Of a DNA stretch of 64,000 bases, positions 41,461-55,846 are shown piece after piece. Origin of the DNA: Guillardia theta CCMP2712 (taxonomy: Eukaryota > Protista > Cryptophyta); NCBI RefSeq assembly GCF_000315625.1, contig NW_005434665.1:74969-138968 (forward strand), written 5' to 3'. The position numbers and the translations under genes are program-made. Numbering within the stretch: the first letter of the stretch is position 1; each line of letters begins with the position of its first letter. Below the pieces are notes generated by a model that worked only from the letters and a program-made list of their open reading frames with translations, ran no database searches and was not told where the DNA came from.

Positions 41461-42045
41461 GAGAGCTCGCCTCGTCGCTGGGTCAATAGAATCGGAGCTC
41501 AGTCTGACCGGGATGGACTCTAAGGCCGACCGTCGCCGGACCGTGGCAGCCCGGTGCTGTACTACCGTACGATCCGATCATGTGATCGGCAATGCGGCAC
41601 ACCGTGGCATGCCGCGTACGGTGTGCGGCAGTACTAACCGTGCGGCCGCGCCCGCCGCGCCGGGCCCCGGCCGCGGGGACCGGACGGCCCCGTCACAGTA
41701 CGGTCCGATCGGACGGTCCGATCCGACGGACGCCGGACGTCCGACGCGCCGCGCGGCCGATCATCGGCGGATGATCAGCCCGGCCGGCCGGCTGGCCGGC
41801 CGGCGGAGGCTGTCGTGAGTTTACTAAAGACAGGAAATAGTTCCGATCATGGCAGGGGATCGACCATGATACGGAGGGAGCGGAGGAGAAAGGGAGGAGG
41901 AGAAAGGGAGGAGGAGAAAGGGAGGAAGTGCAGGAGGTAAGGAGGATGAGAGGAGGATGTGGGAAGGAGAGGACATGGAAAGAAGTTTGCTGCTCGCATT
42001 GAGCTGTGACGGGGGTTCCATGCTGGATACGTCTTTGCTGCAGCC

Positions 42046-43913
42046 ATGAAGATGCTTCGTCAGCGGCTACTGTTGTGGGTCCTGTGCCCTGTTGTCCTCA
42101 TCCTGTGCGCTGAAGAACCGGAATGGAGAGTTCGTCGGGGCCTCAAGATCGTCAGCCCGAGAAACGGGGCAAGGTACTGGATCCCCGCGGACGGGAACAG
42201 GCAGAGTTGGACTTTCATGATCAATCATCGAGTGATGGACATGTGCTTCCGAGTCTCTTGCACGCTGAATGAGCAGACGTTCCCCGACTCGGAGGTTTGC
42301 GGCAGCGGCTCCAACGGGCTGTACATCCTGGAGGACCTGTGGTATTCTGCTATCCGAGAAGGAGGGAACGTGTTGAGTTGTCTGCTGGACTTCCAGAACT
42401 CAACTCGTACCATCCCTCCTGCCCACGTCTGGAAGTTCACGGACCAGAGCCGGTTCGACGTGTTTGCCATGGAGACATCGATCGAGGTGCGCGCGAACGA
42501 ATCAACAGAAGCCTTCTTGCCGAGGTTCAGAGTAGAGAGGGAACAACTGCTGCTATACCCTCCTCCCGTCCACAGCCATCGCCTCTGGTTCGTCTCCCTC
42601 AACGTGAGTGAGCATGGGCCGAAGCAGGAGATGTACAGAGCGTACGTGATCAACGTTCCAGAGCACCTGTCACGATGGAATGCAGTGGAGGAAAACCTCC
42701 TGCAGGTCTCTAAGATCGATCCTGTGCGATGGTTGGCTGTTCCTCTTGACAATGAAAGGATCACTCAGCACCACCCTCCCCTTGAGACAATAGAGGACAG
42801 GAAGACGACCTCTCTCTGGCTATCCTTCACTGAAGCCTGGAGGCATTTCTCAGAGGACGGGAACTTCGAGGAAGACGGTAAGGAACGTCAGAGTTTGAGC
42901 AGGAGTAAGAGGATGAGTCAGATTGGGCGTTTTTCCTGGAAGATGACGCGGAATGGCATCATTCGATCAAGGATGATCCTGGGGCAATCCTTCGCTCTAT
43001 CGAAGCAGGTGAATCTTTGCCCTCTCCTACTACTCCTGCTCCTCTTGATCCTCCTGCTCCTTCTGCTGCTCGACCAATCCTGATGATCGACCAACAGGGT
43101 TGGCTGTGGCATCGGACGACGGGTTTGCATACCTGGGTATAGCGACGGAGAGCACAGGGTCTGCTGGACCGTCACAGCCTTATGCAGGAGTATGTAGTCC
43201 GTCCTTCTTCCCTCCAGGAGAAAGTTGGGTATCTGCCGACGTGGTGATCCGGTACACCATCTTGCTCATGTTGTACGCGTAGACTCATGTGACGTCACTA
43301 GTCGAGGATCCGGCTGGTGCTGTCATGGATTTGCTCTGAAGAAGTGATCCACTTAGTCTTTCCTTCCTCTGCAGCATTTCAAGTTCCGGTGATAAACAAT
43401 CTTCTACGCAGATGGTTGGCAAGGAAGTTCGAGGAGGAGCTGAGTTGGATAAGGATCAAGGGGAAGGATAGTCTGCATGTTGATGTGAAGTTAAGAGAGT
43501 GGATCAGGTCAGTACTTGATGTTTCTTCAAGTTCTTTCCCATCTCCTCGCAGCTTCAGCTTCCTTCGCTCAGTGTCAAGCTCTGTTTGCTCTCAATGATC
43601 CTCTGAACAGGCAGCAAGAAGCAGGCGCCGGCTTCTACGGTTGACCCTTTCAATCTCTCGTCTCAGTACCTAACGAATAACAGGCATGCCGGTGATTGGG
43701 GCAAACCTCAGTGACGGGCCCGGCAATATTTTCCATGGGATCCTTGTGCAAGTGAGGATTGAGGGGGTACAAACACTTTTGATGATGACGAAGAAAGCAG
43801 AATCGAAGAGATTTCACTTCAGTGCGCAGGGAGGAGAGGGCAGAGGTCAATCTCATTACAAGCTTGCGCAGTTTCTTGACATCCTTATTGTGCAGAATGC
43901 AACTGAGCAGTAA
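42046..43913 (+). CDS. Secretory-pathway glycosyltransferase, GT25-like, multi-exon
   Basis: Signal peptide; AYVINVPEHLSRW..SLWLSFTEAWRHF..WAFFLEDDA resembles GT25 motifs. Confidence 0.6.
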
Positions 43914-44296
43914 TGGCGGCCTACATGTTCTGAGCAGTCGAAGCAGAGCACCTGTGTAGGAGCACTCTAACTTGTTCTTCTGAAAGTCCAGGCAACATTT
44001 AGTGAGCTCCGACGACTTTGCTTCTCAACGGCATATTATCTTGGATCAACTTAGATGATCTATCAATGCGAGATTACCCCAGTAGGAAATTGTAAGATAA
44101 AGAAGCATTTCAGTTGCATGACGTGAAGTACTTTGGTTCGCTTGATCAAGACCCATTGTATCCTAAACCCCATGACAAATCCGAGAAATGCAACTTTTCA
44201 ACACAAAATTCTCTACAAAAAAAATTGTAATCACAAAAAATATTTTCGTTAGCAAACAGAAAAAGATTTCACGTTCCCACATCAGCACTAAACATA

Positions 44297-45447
<1,151 letters not shown>

Positions 45448-45534
45448 TGCGCCACGTGGAAAGAATTCCTAGTGTGACAACAGTTGGAACTCGTTATGAC
45501 TGAAACGGTTCATAACGGTTTCTTCTTGTCGAGA

Positions 45535-46760
45535 AGGGTACCCAAGTAGATGGAAGACCACTGTTCTGATAAGAAGGGGTACTTTGCACAGGAATTATGG
45601 GGGTACTTTGCCACCCTACAAAGCAAGTCCAACAAAACCGGTTGTTGACAAGAGCAAAAGTACCGGTGATCCATGACTTCTCCACCGGTAGTTTTACTCG
45701 ATTGAGACATGGGTAGTGAAAAGCTTGAGGTCGTAGTTTTTTTTTTCTTGGCAGGGCTGATTCGTATTTGGTTGGTGGGGGTACTCAACTACCCCACCGA
45801 ATCTCATATCCACCCACCTATTCATATGCATTTCATTGCGAAAACATCCGGTAGTAAAAATACAAAATGGATCTATGGGGTTGTGCAGTCGAATGAATAT
45901 TAGGGGTGGGGGTGGAGGAATCATCTGTAGAGGAAACGAGTCTATAGATGGGGGTGATCGGGGGAATGTCAGGGGGTAGGGTAGTGATACACGAGGGTGG
46001 TGGGATCGAAGGGGGTAATGTTTACTGGAAACATGAAGGTAGGGTACTCAGGAAACCGAGAGATGGGTGGTAGGGTGTTCGAGTGTTCTCTTTGAGATTG
46101 GAGTGATCGGGGGAAATATGCAAGCATGACCCGGGGGGGGTACATTCCGAATATTCTAACCAAGGGTGGGGTATCTCCTTATTGGGGGTAGGGGTTATAT
46201 TCATTGTAGGAGGGTGGGTAAAATCTGAAGAGAAGGAGGGGTATTCTCAAAACATCATCGTCTAGTTATATAGGGTAGCAATAGAAGAAGGCGGTGGGGT
46301 GGGGTGGTGTTAATCCAACCCAGGGTCACTCTTGCTTTGAGCTACTTGGGGGTAGGGGTCCTGACATTTTCTTTCCAGGGGAGACGTAGTGTGCAGGGCG
46401 AGGGGTAGGGGTGCTTTATCAAGGGTCGGGTAGGGGTGAATTGGTTGTGATGGACATAAGGGGGGTTCAAATTCCATGAAAGGGGTATGCTTTCCTACTA
46501 CGGGTACTCTTCAGAACCTTGATGGAGTAGGGGTGTCTCATGAATCCTTTTACAGGCAAAGTACCGGGTCATCAGACTGTTGGCCGCGAACTTGACCGAG
46601 GGTGGTATACCTCTTTACTGTACGGAGAAGGTAGGGTGGTTTCGAAGGCATTTGGAACACATGGGGTAGTGAGTACGATGCCAGTCCATATGGGTGGTAG
46701 GGGTGGAGGTAGCAGGGTATGGTGAATGTGGGGGTAGGGGGACTGTGGAGCAGGGGGGTG
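45535..46760 (-). promoter_or_regulatory. GGGGTA/TACCCC-rich tract upstream of UMP-CMP kinase
   Basis: Dense GGGTA motifs mostly in one orientation; same class at about 150-480, 9350-9660, 31325-31410, 55900-56060, 59940-60070. Confidence 0.5.
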
Positions 46761-47357
46761 GTTGCTCTAGGGAATAGGAGGCGAACAAGATGGTGGAGAA
46801 GAGGAGTAGAACAAGCAAGAGAGGAAAGAAGTAGAGGAATATGGCAAAGTGAATGGCGGAGAGCGTGAAAACAGCAACGAAAGGGACATCTAGGAGGAAG
46901 ATCAGAGGGAGGAGAACGGAAGGCTGACTGGGGGCAACACAAGACTAAGGACCAGCAGCCGAATGTAGTGGAAAGCATCGAAGGAGAGTAAAAGAAAAGA
47001 TGCTGCCGGTGTCTTTGCAATGAAGTAGATAGATGTATTCGTAAGCGAAAAAGTAATGTTGAAATCATCAACACAAGAAGTCATGCTGTTTATGATTAAG
47101 GAGGTACAGACCCGACATTTAGTAACTGTCGATGGAGGGTTGTGGCCTTCAACAAAATAGAACGATGATGTTTGACCAAAACCACGAGCTATGCAAGCAT
47201 GCATTCTTGGGATATTGATTCATGCGATCCATGAGTGATGAACTTGAGTGTGTCGAATGGTCAGCATCTCGACAACCATGTAGACTCACCCCTGAACCTT
47301 TTCTGATGCATCTTGACGCAGGTTTTGTATCGCCCGTTGTGTTAGGTCTGTGCATCA

Positions 47358-50346
47358 ATGGGGCACGGAACGGAGAGCGACAGCGTAAGTGCTCGACTTC
47401 CTGCTGGCCCTGGAAAATCAACTGTGTTGCAGGCGTCGCTGTTGAACAATGCGGAGGATGCCGATCAGAAGGGGTGAGGCGACTTGGCTACTTGATCTCT
47501 GCCATGACACTTGTTTCAGGGATGGACCCTTGGTGGAGGTGGAGCTCGCTGAGGTCTCGAACATTCAGGTGCGTGATGCATGGGATGGTGGTTAACCTGT
47601 GACTGACTGCTGGTCCTACAGGCCGAGCTCACCAAGATGCATGCAAGATTGTGGGAGAGTGATGAGATGACCGAGGAAGATGCAGAGGAGGTTGAGCGCC
47701 AGGCCAACTTGCTCAAGATCAAGATGACGGCGGCGTCGGACAAGATCAAGGAGTGGGGTATGAAGACAGGTCTTGAGAGGATGCTGGCCCACGAGAATAT
47801 TACGAGATGGCACGAGGACAAGAAAGCTCCAGTGAACGAGTTCATCATTCTTGCTGGACTTCTGCCGATTGCTCTCATCTTCATGACCTTAGTTCTTGGA
47901 GCATCAACGGTAGCTTCTGTGCCTCCATTTCTCTCTGCTCATTGAAGTGATGCCAGGTCCATTTCGACGACAGTGTACCGATTAGCGGAAATCTTTTCCC
48001 TTTGGATCCTTCTCATCCTATCATCTGGCCGATGGGCCATGCATCAGCCATGGTGGAAGCTCGCATACAGATTCAGTCGGACTCGGAGCCAGGACACAGC
48101 AGCGGAGGTCATCATCGAAGGCGCAATGCATACCGCCATCAACTCCCCTCCTTCATGCGCAGCAACTCGAAGCTCTTGAGTGACTCGCATAGTTCAGCCC
48201 AAGACAGTAGCGCGCACACGCCTGAAGCTCCAAGCGGCTCGGCTGAGTCGGGTCATGGGATGGATCTGAGCCTTGACGACGGCAACCACACCTCAGCCTC
48301 TGACAGCCATGGCGAAGCGAGCGGGCACGGCAGTCGTGAAATCGTCGTTGAAATGCTCTTGGTGGAGTTTGCGAACTCGGATTGGACGCATGGAAACAAG
48401 TCTTGGGAGGCCATGAAGGCTTCTGCGGCTCATATTGAGGTTCTCGGACAGTACGATATTCGCGCCGAAGAACAGACCATCTTGCTTGAGTTCGAGCTAA
48501 AGAACGACCCATTGGATCAGTACTTCATCATGATTTCGCACATGAAAGACCCCATGGCCGTGGCAATCAACATGCACTCTCTCGGGCCGACGGGAAGCAT
48601 CCAAGTCGGGATTGCCGCATTCATTATGGTTATTCTTTTCGGACTTATCATGACTGAGGTGAGCAATATCAACAAGTCAATTGCGATAGTCATATTTGCG
48701 TCTCTGTTGACACGATTTGCAATTGCAGGTTCTTCACAGAACTATGGCTGCTATGATTGGCGCAGCTCTTTGCATGGTCACACTTGCAGTGCAGAATCGT
48801 GTCCCATCGCTCACCAAAGTCGTTGGTTGGATGGACCATGGCACTCTTGGTCTTCTCTGGGGTATGATGCTCATCGTCGGCATTACGATGAGAACGGGTG
48901 TGTTCGAGTGGACGGGAGTTCTTGCTTGCAAGATGTCTGGTGGAAAGTGAGTTTTCTCTCTGATGAAACTGCCATGTCATAACAATCTGTCCGACAGCAA
49001 GACCAAACTCCTCCTCCTCCTTTGCATTGTGACAGCCGTCCTCTCCGCTTTCCTGGACAACGTTACCACGATTCTTCTTATTGCTCCTGTGACCTGCAAG
49101 CTCTGCAAGCTGGTGAACATTGATCCAAGGCCCTATCTCATCAGTGAGGCGATCTTCTCCAACGTTGGTGGGACGTCGACCATGATTGGTGAGGAGAAGT
49201 TGCTGCACGTTGGAAAAATTCCTGACGTCAGCTGATTAGGTGACCCTCCAAACATCATCATCGGCAACTTGTTGGCCAAGTACCTGGATTTCAACGCTTT
49301 CTTGTTCAACTTGGGTCCTGGCGTTATCCTGAGCAGCCCCTTTGCATTCTACTACCTCGTCTATTACTTCAAGGATGGAGTGAAAGGTCACCTCTCCGTC
49401 GACATCCCCAAATTGCAGAAGATGTGAGAACAAAGCTCATTCCCCTAGTGACATCTCGATGCTGATGCTGATGGCAGGTACCCAATCACAGACAGACCTC
49501 TCCTCATCAAGTGTGGAGTTGTCTTGGGTTGTGTCATCTGCTCCTTCTTCTTGCATCCTGTCACTCATCTTGACCCTGCCTGGATCGCGATCATGGGGGC
49601 CGTCTGGTGATGCTTGCACTGCTCCTCCCTGCGTGCTGCTTACGGAGTTGGAACAGGCTGCTGGTTGCCTTCGACATGCATCACTGCCACGAGGCTCTGC
49701 ATGCCGTTGAATGGGACACGCTTCTCTTCTTCGCTGCTCTCTTTGTTGTGGTGGAGGGTGTGGGTGAACTTGGCTTGTTGCGCTTCATTGCCAACACGCT
49801 GAGCGGGATGGTGGCGACGGTGCCTGTGGAGGGGAGGCAGTACTTCTCCCTCTTCCTCATCTGCTGGGCCTCTGCGATCTTCTCTGCCTTCGTCGACAAC
49901 ATTCCCTTCACTGCCACCATGGTCCCCGTCATGATGCAGGTCCTTCCTCCCGCGGCCGCACCTCCTGTCCTCACCTGTCGTGCAGATGGTTGAGACTGTT
50001 CCGGGGATCAGCATCGAGCCCCTTGCGTGGGCGCTGGCGTTTGGAGCATGCTTCGGAGGCAACGGGACGCTGATTGGGTGAGTCTGGCGAAGAGGAAGAG
50101 GATGAGGGTAGTGCTGAGCTGCTGTTCAGGGCTTCGGCAAACATCGTTATGGCATCCAAGGCAGAGACTGAGGGATACCATATCTCCTTCGTGGATTTCT
50201 TCCGAGTATGATCTCGTTTCTTATGGCCTCAACGCTGACCTCGTTGCCAGATCGGATTCCCCGTGATGATCATCACCGTAGTAGTTAGCAACATCTACCT
50301 CTTCATCCTCAACGCTATGTTCTGGCAATCTCACGCTGGCGCGTGA
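47358..50346 (+). CDS. OCA2/P-protein-like ArsB/NhaD-superfamily permease, multi-exon
   Basis: SAFLDNVTT, SNVGGTSTMIGDPPNIII, VEWDTLLFFAALF, SAFVDNIPF, ALAFGACFGGNGTLIG|ASAN; start approximate. Confidence 0.9.
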
Positions 50347-50456
50347 AGTCAGCAGCCTCCTCCCGTTCATCGTGCTAGTTTACTGCCGTAAATCAAAGAT
50401 CCTTTCACATCTCACATGACATGTTTTGTAGCTCGTGCTCTGCTGCTCCTGCTCTC

Positions 50457-51141
50457 TTACTTTGTAATCCTCATCTCATACCATGGATCTGCTCCATGTT
50501 CAACATCCGATGGTCCGACCATGACGAATCCACACTGCTTGTAGAAGTCCACCAGGTACTCCTTGCAGATCAGCGCTATCGCCCTGACCTGCTCCTTCCC
50601 CTGCACCTCCTCCACGTAGTGTCGCAGCATCCTCCTCCCTAGCCCCTGCCTCCTCATGCTCTCCTGCACTACAACCGAGTGTATGCAGAGGGTGGAGCCT
50701 TGCGGGTCATGGTGGGACATGCTCTCGTGCGTTAACTTGCTGTCCTTGCTCAGCGTCCCGTTGACAAACCCGACAACATCTTCTCCTCTCCTGCACACCA
50801 TGAAGAACTCCTGGGCATGGCTGATGCGAAACTCTAGCTTCGCTCGATCGGCACCCTCGTCTGCTGGGTACGAGGAAGACTCGAGTTGCTCCACGACGTC
50901 GAGGTCCTCAAGGGAGGCTGAAATGCTGAGGGTCAGGAGAAGCAGCTGAAAACAATCACCCCTGATCCACACACAACATACCATTCTGATCTCAGTCCAA
51001 CCCTCGCCCTCCCCTCTCGTCCTCGTCCTCTCCTCTTGTCTCGTCCTCGTCCTCGTCCTCGTCCTCTTGTCTCGTCCTCGTCCTCGTCCTCGTCCTGTCC
51101 TCCTTGCCTGTCCTCTTCCATTTCCTCCATTCTCTTGGTCT

Positions 51142-51195
<54 letters not shown>

Positions 51196-51250
51196 CTCCT
51201 CCTCCTCCTCCTCCTCCTCGCGTACCAAGGGCGAAGTCAAGATCCGCCAT
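50457..51250 (-). CDS. GNAT acetyltransferase, AANAT/Paa1-like, 2 exons
   Basis: LESSSYPADEGA..VGFVNGT..LCIHSVVV..RRQGLG..ALICKEYLVDFYKQCGF. Confidence 0.9.
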
Positions 51251-51300
51251 GCTTCAATTGACTACAACCCTACAACCTTGACTAGATAAAAGATGAAATC

Positions 51301-51417
<117 letters not shown>

Positions 51418-51463
51418 CGGCATGTCGTAGTAGGAGCATAACGAGATCGTAAGGGCTCTTTGC

Positions 51464-52128
51464 ATGTCTCTTGTCTGGAAGCAGAGGAAGAAGCCCAAGG
51501 TCATCGCCAGCCTCGTCGAGGAGTTTGCAGCCGATGCTGATGCCCAAGAGGAGAGAGAGCTTGATGCGCTCGAAGACTGGATGCGGAAGCAGGCGACCCA
51601 CAACGTCTTGACCTTGGAGGATGGGAGCACGCTGAGCAAGAGGAGGCAGGATGAGGCATGCGTCCTTGCAGAGGCCGGGAGGTTCCAAGAAGCCATCAGC
51701 CGGCTGCAGGAGGCGATCGAGCTCACCCCTGATCGAGCAGTGCTGTACGAGCTGCAGGCTCAGTGCTTCATGGAGGTAGGCGAGATGTTCCAGGCCATCG
51801 TCGTCGCAGAGAAGGCTGTCAGCAAGGATCCTGCATGGCCTGTCGCCTTCCAGACCCTCGGCCGTGCCCAGATGAACCTGGGGAGGTCGAGCTCGCCATC
51901 GCAAACTTCGAGCGCGTGCTGGAGCTGGATCCCAGCATGAGCGAGGTGCGGGACAAGGATCTGCCATGGGCAGAGGAGGTGCTGGAGAAGAAGCGGAGAA
52001 TCCCAGGAGCTTCTGCTGGGGAGCAGCAGGGGAAGGCAGTGGCTCGGGCCATCCTCGGGGGTGGGGTCTGTCTTTCCTGCATCGAGATTCGCCGGCCGGA
52101 GGAGAGGGAGGGAGGAAGTCAACCATGA
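51464..52128 (+). CDS. TTC33: TPR protein TTC33-like, with 1-nt frameshift at about 51880
   Basis: LAEAGRFQEAI..LTPDRAVLYELQAQ..EMFQAI..WPVAFQTLGRAQMNLG continues as EVELAIANFERVL..DLPWA in another frame. Confidence 0.85.
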
Positions 52129-52321
52129 TGGAAGAGTTTGCCAGAGGAGATAGATAGAGGAGGAGGAGAGAGCTAGAGGTGGGCAAGGGGAGGGAGGGAG
52201 GGAGGGAGGGAGGGAGGGAGGGAGGGGAGGGGAGGGGAGGGGAGGGGAGGGGAGGGGAGGGAGGGAGGGGAGGGGAGGGAGGGGAGGGGAGGGGAGGGAG
52301 GGGAGGGAGGGGAGGGAGGGA

Positions 52322-52421
52322 NNNNNNNNNNNNNNNNNNNNNNNNNNNNNNNNNNNNNNNNNNNNNNNNNNNNNNNNNNNNNNNNNNNNNNNNNNNNNNN
52401 NNNNNNNNNNNNNNNNNNNNN
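52322..52421. other. Assembly gap
   Basis: N run. Confidence 1.
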
Positions 52422-52728
52422 GAGGGAAGGAGGGAGGGAGGGAGGACGACTTTAAAGGATGAAGATCCCTGGTGCATGATGTATTCGAGCTCTTGAGTTG
52501 ATTTTTGACTCATGTTCCTTGAAGGATAAAAAAACTATCTCATGAGGAAGAGAAGGAAAAATCCCCTCCACACATATCACCTTCCAAACCTCCCTCCCTC
52601 CCTCCTTTCCTCCCTCCCTCCCTCCCTCCTTTCCTCCCTCCCTCCCTCCCTCCCTCCCTCCCTCCCTCCCTCCTTTTCTGCCTCTCTCTTCCTTCCCGTC
52701 TCTTGCCCCCTGCCTTGCCTCCCTCACG

Positions 52729-53490
52729 TCACTCTACTAGGTAGAGGCATCTTGTGGCCCTTGCATTGTCCGTTGGTTTCCCCGTCGAGTCGTTCCGGAA
52801 GGGACTCTTGCCCACGAAGTAGAATCGCATGTTCCCGTTCCTCCACTGCACCTGCACTGACATCATCTCCTCATCCTCTTCTTCGTATACATGTCAAACA
52901 ACTTCATCGAACAACTCGAGGTATCTTCATCTCCAACAACATCGTTATCACAGCTACGACCACTAAATGTTGTGAGATGCCCTTTGCGATATCCTCCATC
53001 TCTATCCTCTTCCTCTTCTACGAGATGTTCTGAATACTCCTCATCATGAGCATATCGGTGATTATCACAAATACCTCGACTTTCAACTCTAGCAACATCA
53101 TCGTTGCCTTCAAAACCACTCTCCTTCTCTTCTCCTTCTGCTTTTCTCTCGCCTTCTGATCCTCCTCCTCCTCCTCCTCCTCCTCAGATTCTTCATCCCT
53201 AAACTGCACCAACTCTTTCTCGTCATCTCTGATCTTGTCATCATTATCGAATAATCGTCTCCATCCCAACAATCCCAACAGTCTCATCTCGACGTACTTG
53301 AGCAAAGTCTCCGCAGACGTCGATAACCTTCCCTGTTTGTCCTCCGCTCAGATAGTCTCCATGGAAACTTCCTTTCTCGTAGTTTCCACCCGAGAGATGT
53401 CGGACAACCTTGCAACAATCATCATTCACCCACTCCTCCTCCTCCTCCACCTCCGCCTCCTTCTCCCAACTGGTCCTGGTCGGAGTAACA
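52729..53490 (-). CDS. 3' part of a hypothetical protein with a possible MIB/HERC2-like SH3-fold segment; 5' end lost in the gap
   Basis: Spliced VVRHLSGG..GQTGKVIDVCGDFAQ|VQWRNGNMRFYFVG..CLYLVE*. Confidence 0.4.
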
Positions 53491-53491
53491 C

Positions 53492-53807
53492 NNNNNNNNN
53501 NNNNNNNNNNNNNNNNNNNNNNNNNNNNNNNNNNNNNNNNNNNNNNNNNNNNNNNNNNNNNNNNNNNNNNNNNNNNNNNNNNNNNNNNNNNNNNNNNNNN
53601 NNNNNNNNNNNNNNNNNNNNNNNNNNNNNNNNNNNNNNNNNNNNNNNNNNNNNNNNNNNNNNNNNNNNNNNNNNNNNNNNNNNNNNNNNNNNNNNNNNNN
53701 NNNNNNNNNNNNNNNNNNNNNNNNNNNNNNNNNNNNNNNNNNNNNNNNNNNNNNNNNNNNNNNNNNNNNNNNNNNNNNNNNNNNNNNNNNNNNNNNNNNN
53801 NNNNNNN
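53492..53807. other. Assembly gap
   Basis: N run. Confidence 1.
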
Positions 53808-53953
53808 GGTACTTGGGCTTTGACAATCAAGAAGAAATTTTCTGTTTCTATTTTGTATCTAAACACAACAAACGACGATCGTAGCAGACAACACTGAAGC
53901 GTCGGAGCTCTCCTCTCCTCTCCTCTCCTCTCCTCGCCCTTCCCATCATCTGC

Positions 53954-55846
53954 TCACGCATGCAACTTGACCCTCATCACGGAAGCGTCACGGAACTGCT
54001 GCATTGCGAGACCGAGCTCCTCGTCGCAAGAGATCATCACTTCGTCACCGTCCTCGTCTGTGTAAGAGATCTTCACGTCGTCGCATCCCATCTTCAGCTC
54101 GTTCCTGAAGGCATACACCAGCGCGTCCGTCACTGCAGAGAATCCTTCCACGGGCACCTCCTCCTCGTCCAACTCCACGGGGACAGAGAGCCTGCGGATC
54201 ACCGAGTCGGCATCCTGCGACGAGAACGTGGCCTTGAGAGGGAGGACGCTCTTCTTGCAAGCTACTCGCTCCTTGAACTCGGGCTGGACAAGCACGGCCT
54301 CCTCCGTCGTCTCGCTGCAGGAGTCAACAGAGGAGACAACGTCCTCTGAGCCCGACTCTTCCTCCACAGCTGCCTCCTCCACGGCCGGGGCGATGACATC
54401 GATAGCAATCTGCTGCACAGAAAAGAGTTTCTCCAGACCACCTTCCACCACTGCAGCCACCTCGACCTCCAACAATCTCCTCCCTTCCTCCGCAAGGGGC
54501 ACGTGCAACCCGATCGTGAACGGCTCCAGATCCTCCGATGTCTTGAACACAGCAGCCTTGCGGACCTCGTTGGGGTCCGTCACATCCCTCACGACCAGCG
54601 CGAACTTGTTGGGCGCATCCTCCCACGTACGAGCGATCGCCATGATCACTTGCAGGCGGCCATTGTTCACCACGTTAGACTTCAAGTTGGGCCATCGCGC
54701 TCCGTGGATGTCGATGCCACAGAGCACGACACTGTCCTTCTCCGCGATCCTGGGCATCGGCGGGTTGGAAACAGAGACCTTGCGGGGTGGGAAGCGGAAA
54801 ATCTCGAAGTTGCCGTATGGGGTGCTCTCAGCAACGCAGATCTCAACGAGATGATCGCCGGCCTCGTTCATCGGCACCTCGATCCCAATGGTCTTGAGCT
54901 CGTTGTCAACAAACTGCTTGCGAACGACAGCAACTCTCGAAGTACCGTCCGGGAGAATGTCACGAACGATGAGGGCGATGTTCTCAGGGGCGGCGGCCCT
55001 CTTGCGCTGCAGAGCCACGATCCCTCGGAAAGTTCCCTGATCCACATGTTCTGGGACATCAACGCCGCACACAGCAAGGTTCTCATCCTCAACAACAACG
55101 CTCGGAGGAGGGTTAGAAACATACACGACGTTGTCATCCAACCGAAACACTTCTTCCATCTCTCCGTTCACCACCTTGGCGACTTGCACAGTCAGCACGT
55201 GGGCGCCAGCTTCACCAAGGGGCACTTCGAGTCCGACAGCTTCAGCGTCATCTCCAAGGGTCCTGTAGACAACGGCCGCTCTCCTCACCCCGTCGGGCTG
55301 CAGATCGCGGACGATGAGGGCGATTTCCCTGGGAGCGTCGTTCCAAACTCTCTTGAGCGCGACGATGACTCGCAACTTGCCGTCACTGACCTCCTTGGGG
55401 ATATCGACCCCACAGAGAACAAGAGCATCCTTCTGCTGGAGACGAGGGAGGGGAAGCCTCGGCGCCTCAACTGTGCAGGTAACATCCTGAGGCTCAAAGA
55501 ACGGCAAGCCGACGCTTCCATCTTCCTCTACCGGGCAGACTGAGACATTCAGGGTGTGCTCTCCCGGCTCTGGAATCGGCACCTCAAGGCCAACAGTGAA
55601 GGAGGATCCATCAGGCAAGACTGTCTTGCGCACGACAGCAGCTCTTCTCTCCCCGGACGGCATTTGGTCTCGCACGATGAGAGCGATCTGTACCGGAGCA
55701 TCCGGGCATGTTGGGCTGGGTTGAAGCTGACCAGCTTCTGTATCCTCATCTTGAGAGGAGGAGGAGGAGGAGGAGGAGGAGAGAGCAGCGATCACTCGCA
55801 GCATGCGAGCGTCCGACGTAACGTCGAGGCCGAGCAATGTGAACAT
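53954..55846 (-). CDS. 630-aa protein with four ~115-aa beta-rich repeats and a C-terminal PB1 domain, intronless
   Basis: Repeat core CG.D..LRVI.AL..AP..IALIVRD..RRAAV..GLEVP..E.G.H.L.V.V occurs four times; PB1 OPCA motif ISYTDEDGDEVMISCDEEL. Confidence 0.88.
   Translation of the reverse strand: MFTLLGLDVTSDARMLRVIAALSSSSSSSSSQDEDTEAGQLQPSPTCPDAPVQIALIVRDQMPSGERRAAVVRKTVLPDGSSFTVGLEVPIPEPGEHTLNVSVCPVEEDGSVGLPFFEPQDVTCTVEAPRLPLPRLQQKDALVLCGVDIPKEVSDGKLRVIVALKRVWNDAPREIALIVRDLQPDGVRRAAVVYRTLGDDAEAVGLEVPLGEAGAHVLTVQVAKVVNGEMEEVFRLDDNVVYVSNPPPSVVVEDENLAVCGVDVPEHVDQGTFRGIVALQRKRAAAPENIALIVRDILPDGTSRVAVVRKQFVDNELKTIGIEVPMNEAGDHLVEICVAESTPYGNFEIFRFPPRKVSVSNPPMPRIAEKDSVVLCGIDIHGARWPNLKSNVVNNGRLQVIMAIARTWEDAPNKFALVVRDVTDPNEVRKAAVFKTSEDLEPFTIGLHVPLAEEGRRLLEVEVAAVVEGGLEKLFSVQQIAIDVIAPAVEEAAVEEESGSEDVVSSVDSCSETTEEAVLVQPEFKERVACKKSVLPLKATFSSQDADSVIRRLSVPVELDEEEVPVEGFSAVTDALVYAFRNELKMGCDDVKISYTDEDGDEVMISCDEELGLAMQQFRDASVMRVKLHA

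Noticed and set aside
51878-51886. Frameshift in TTC33
   Set aside because: One G is missing from a G run, the same error signature as in KDM5, and both halves are otherwise intact.
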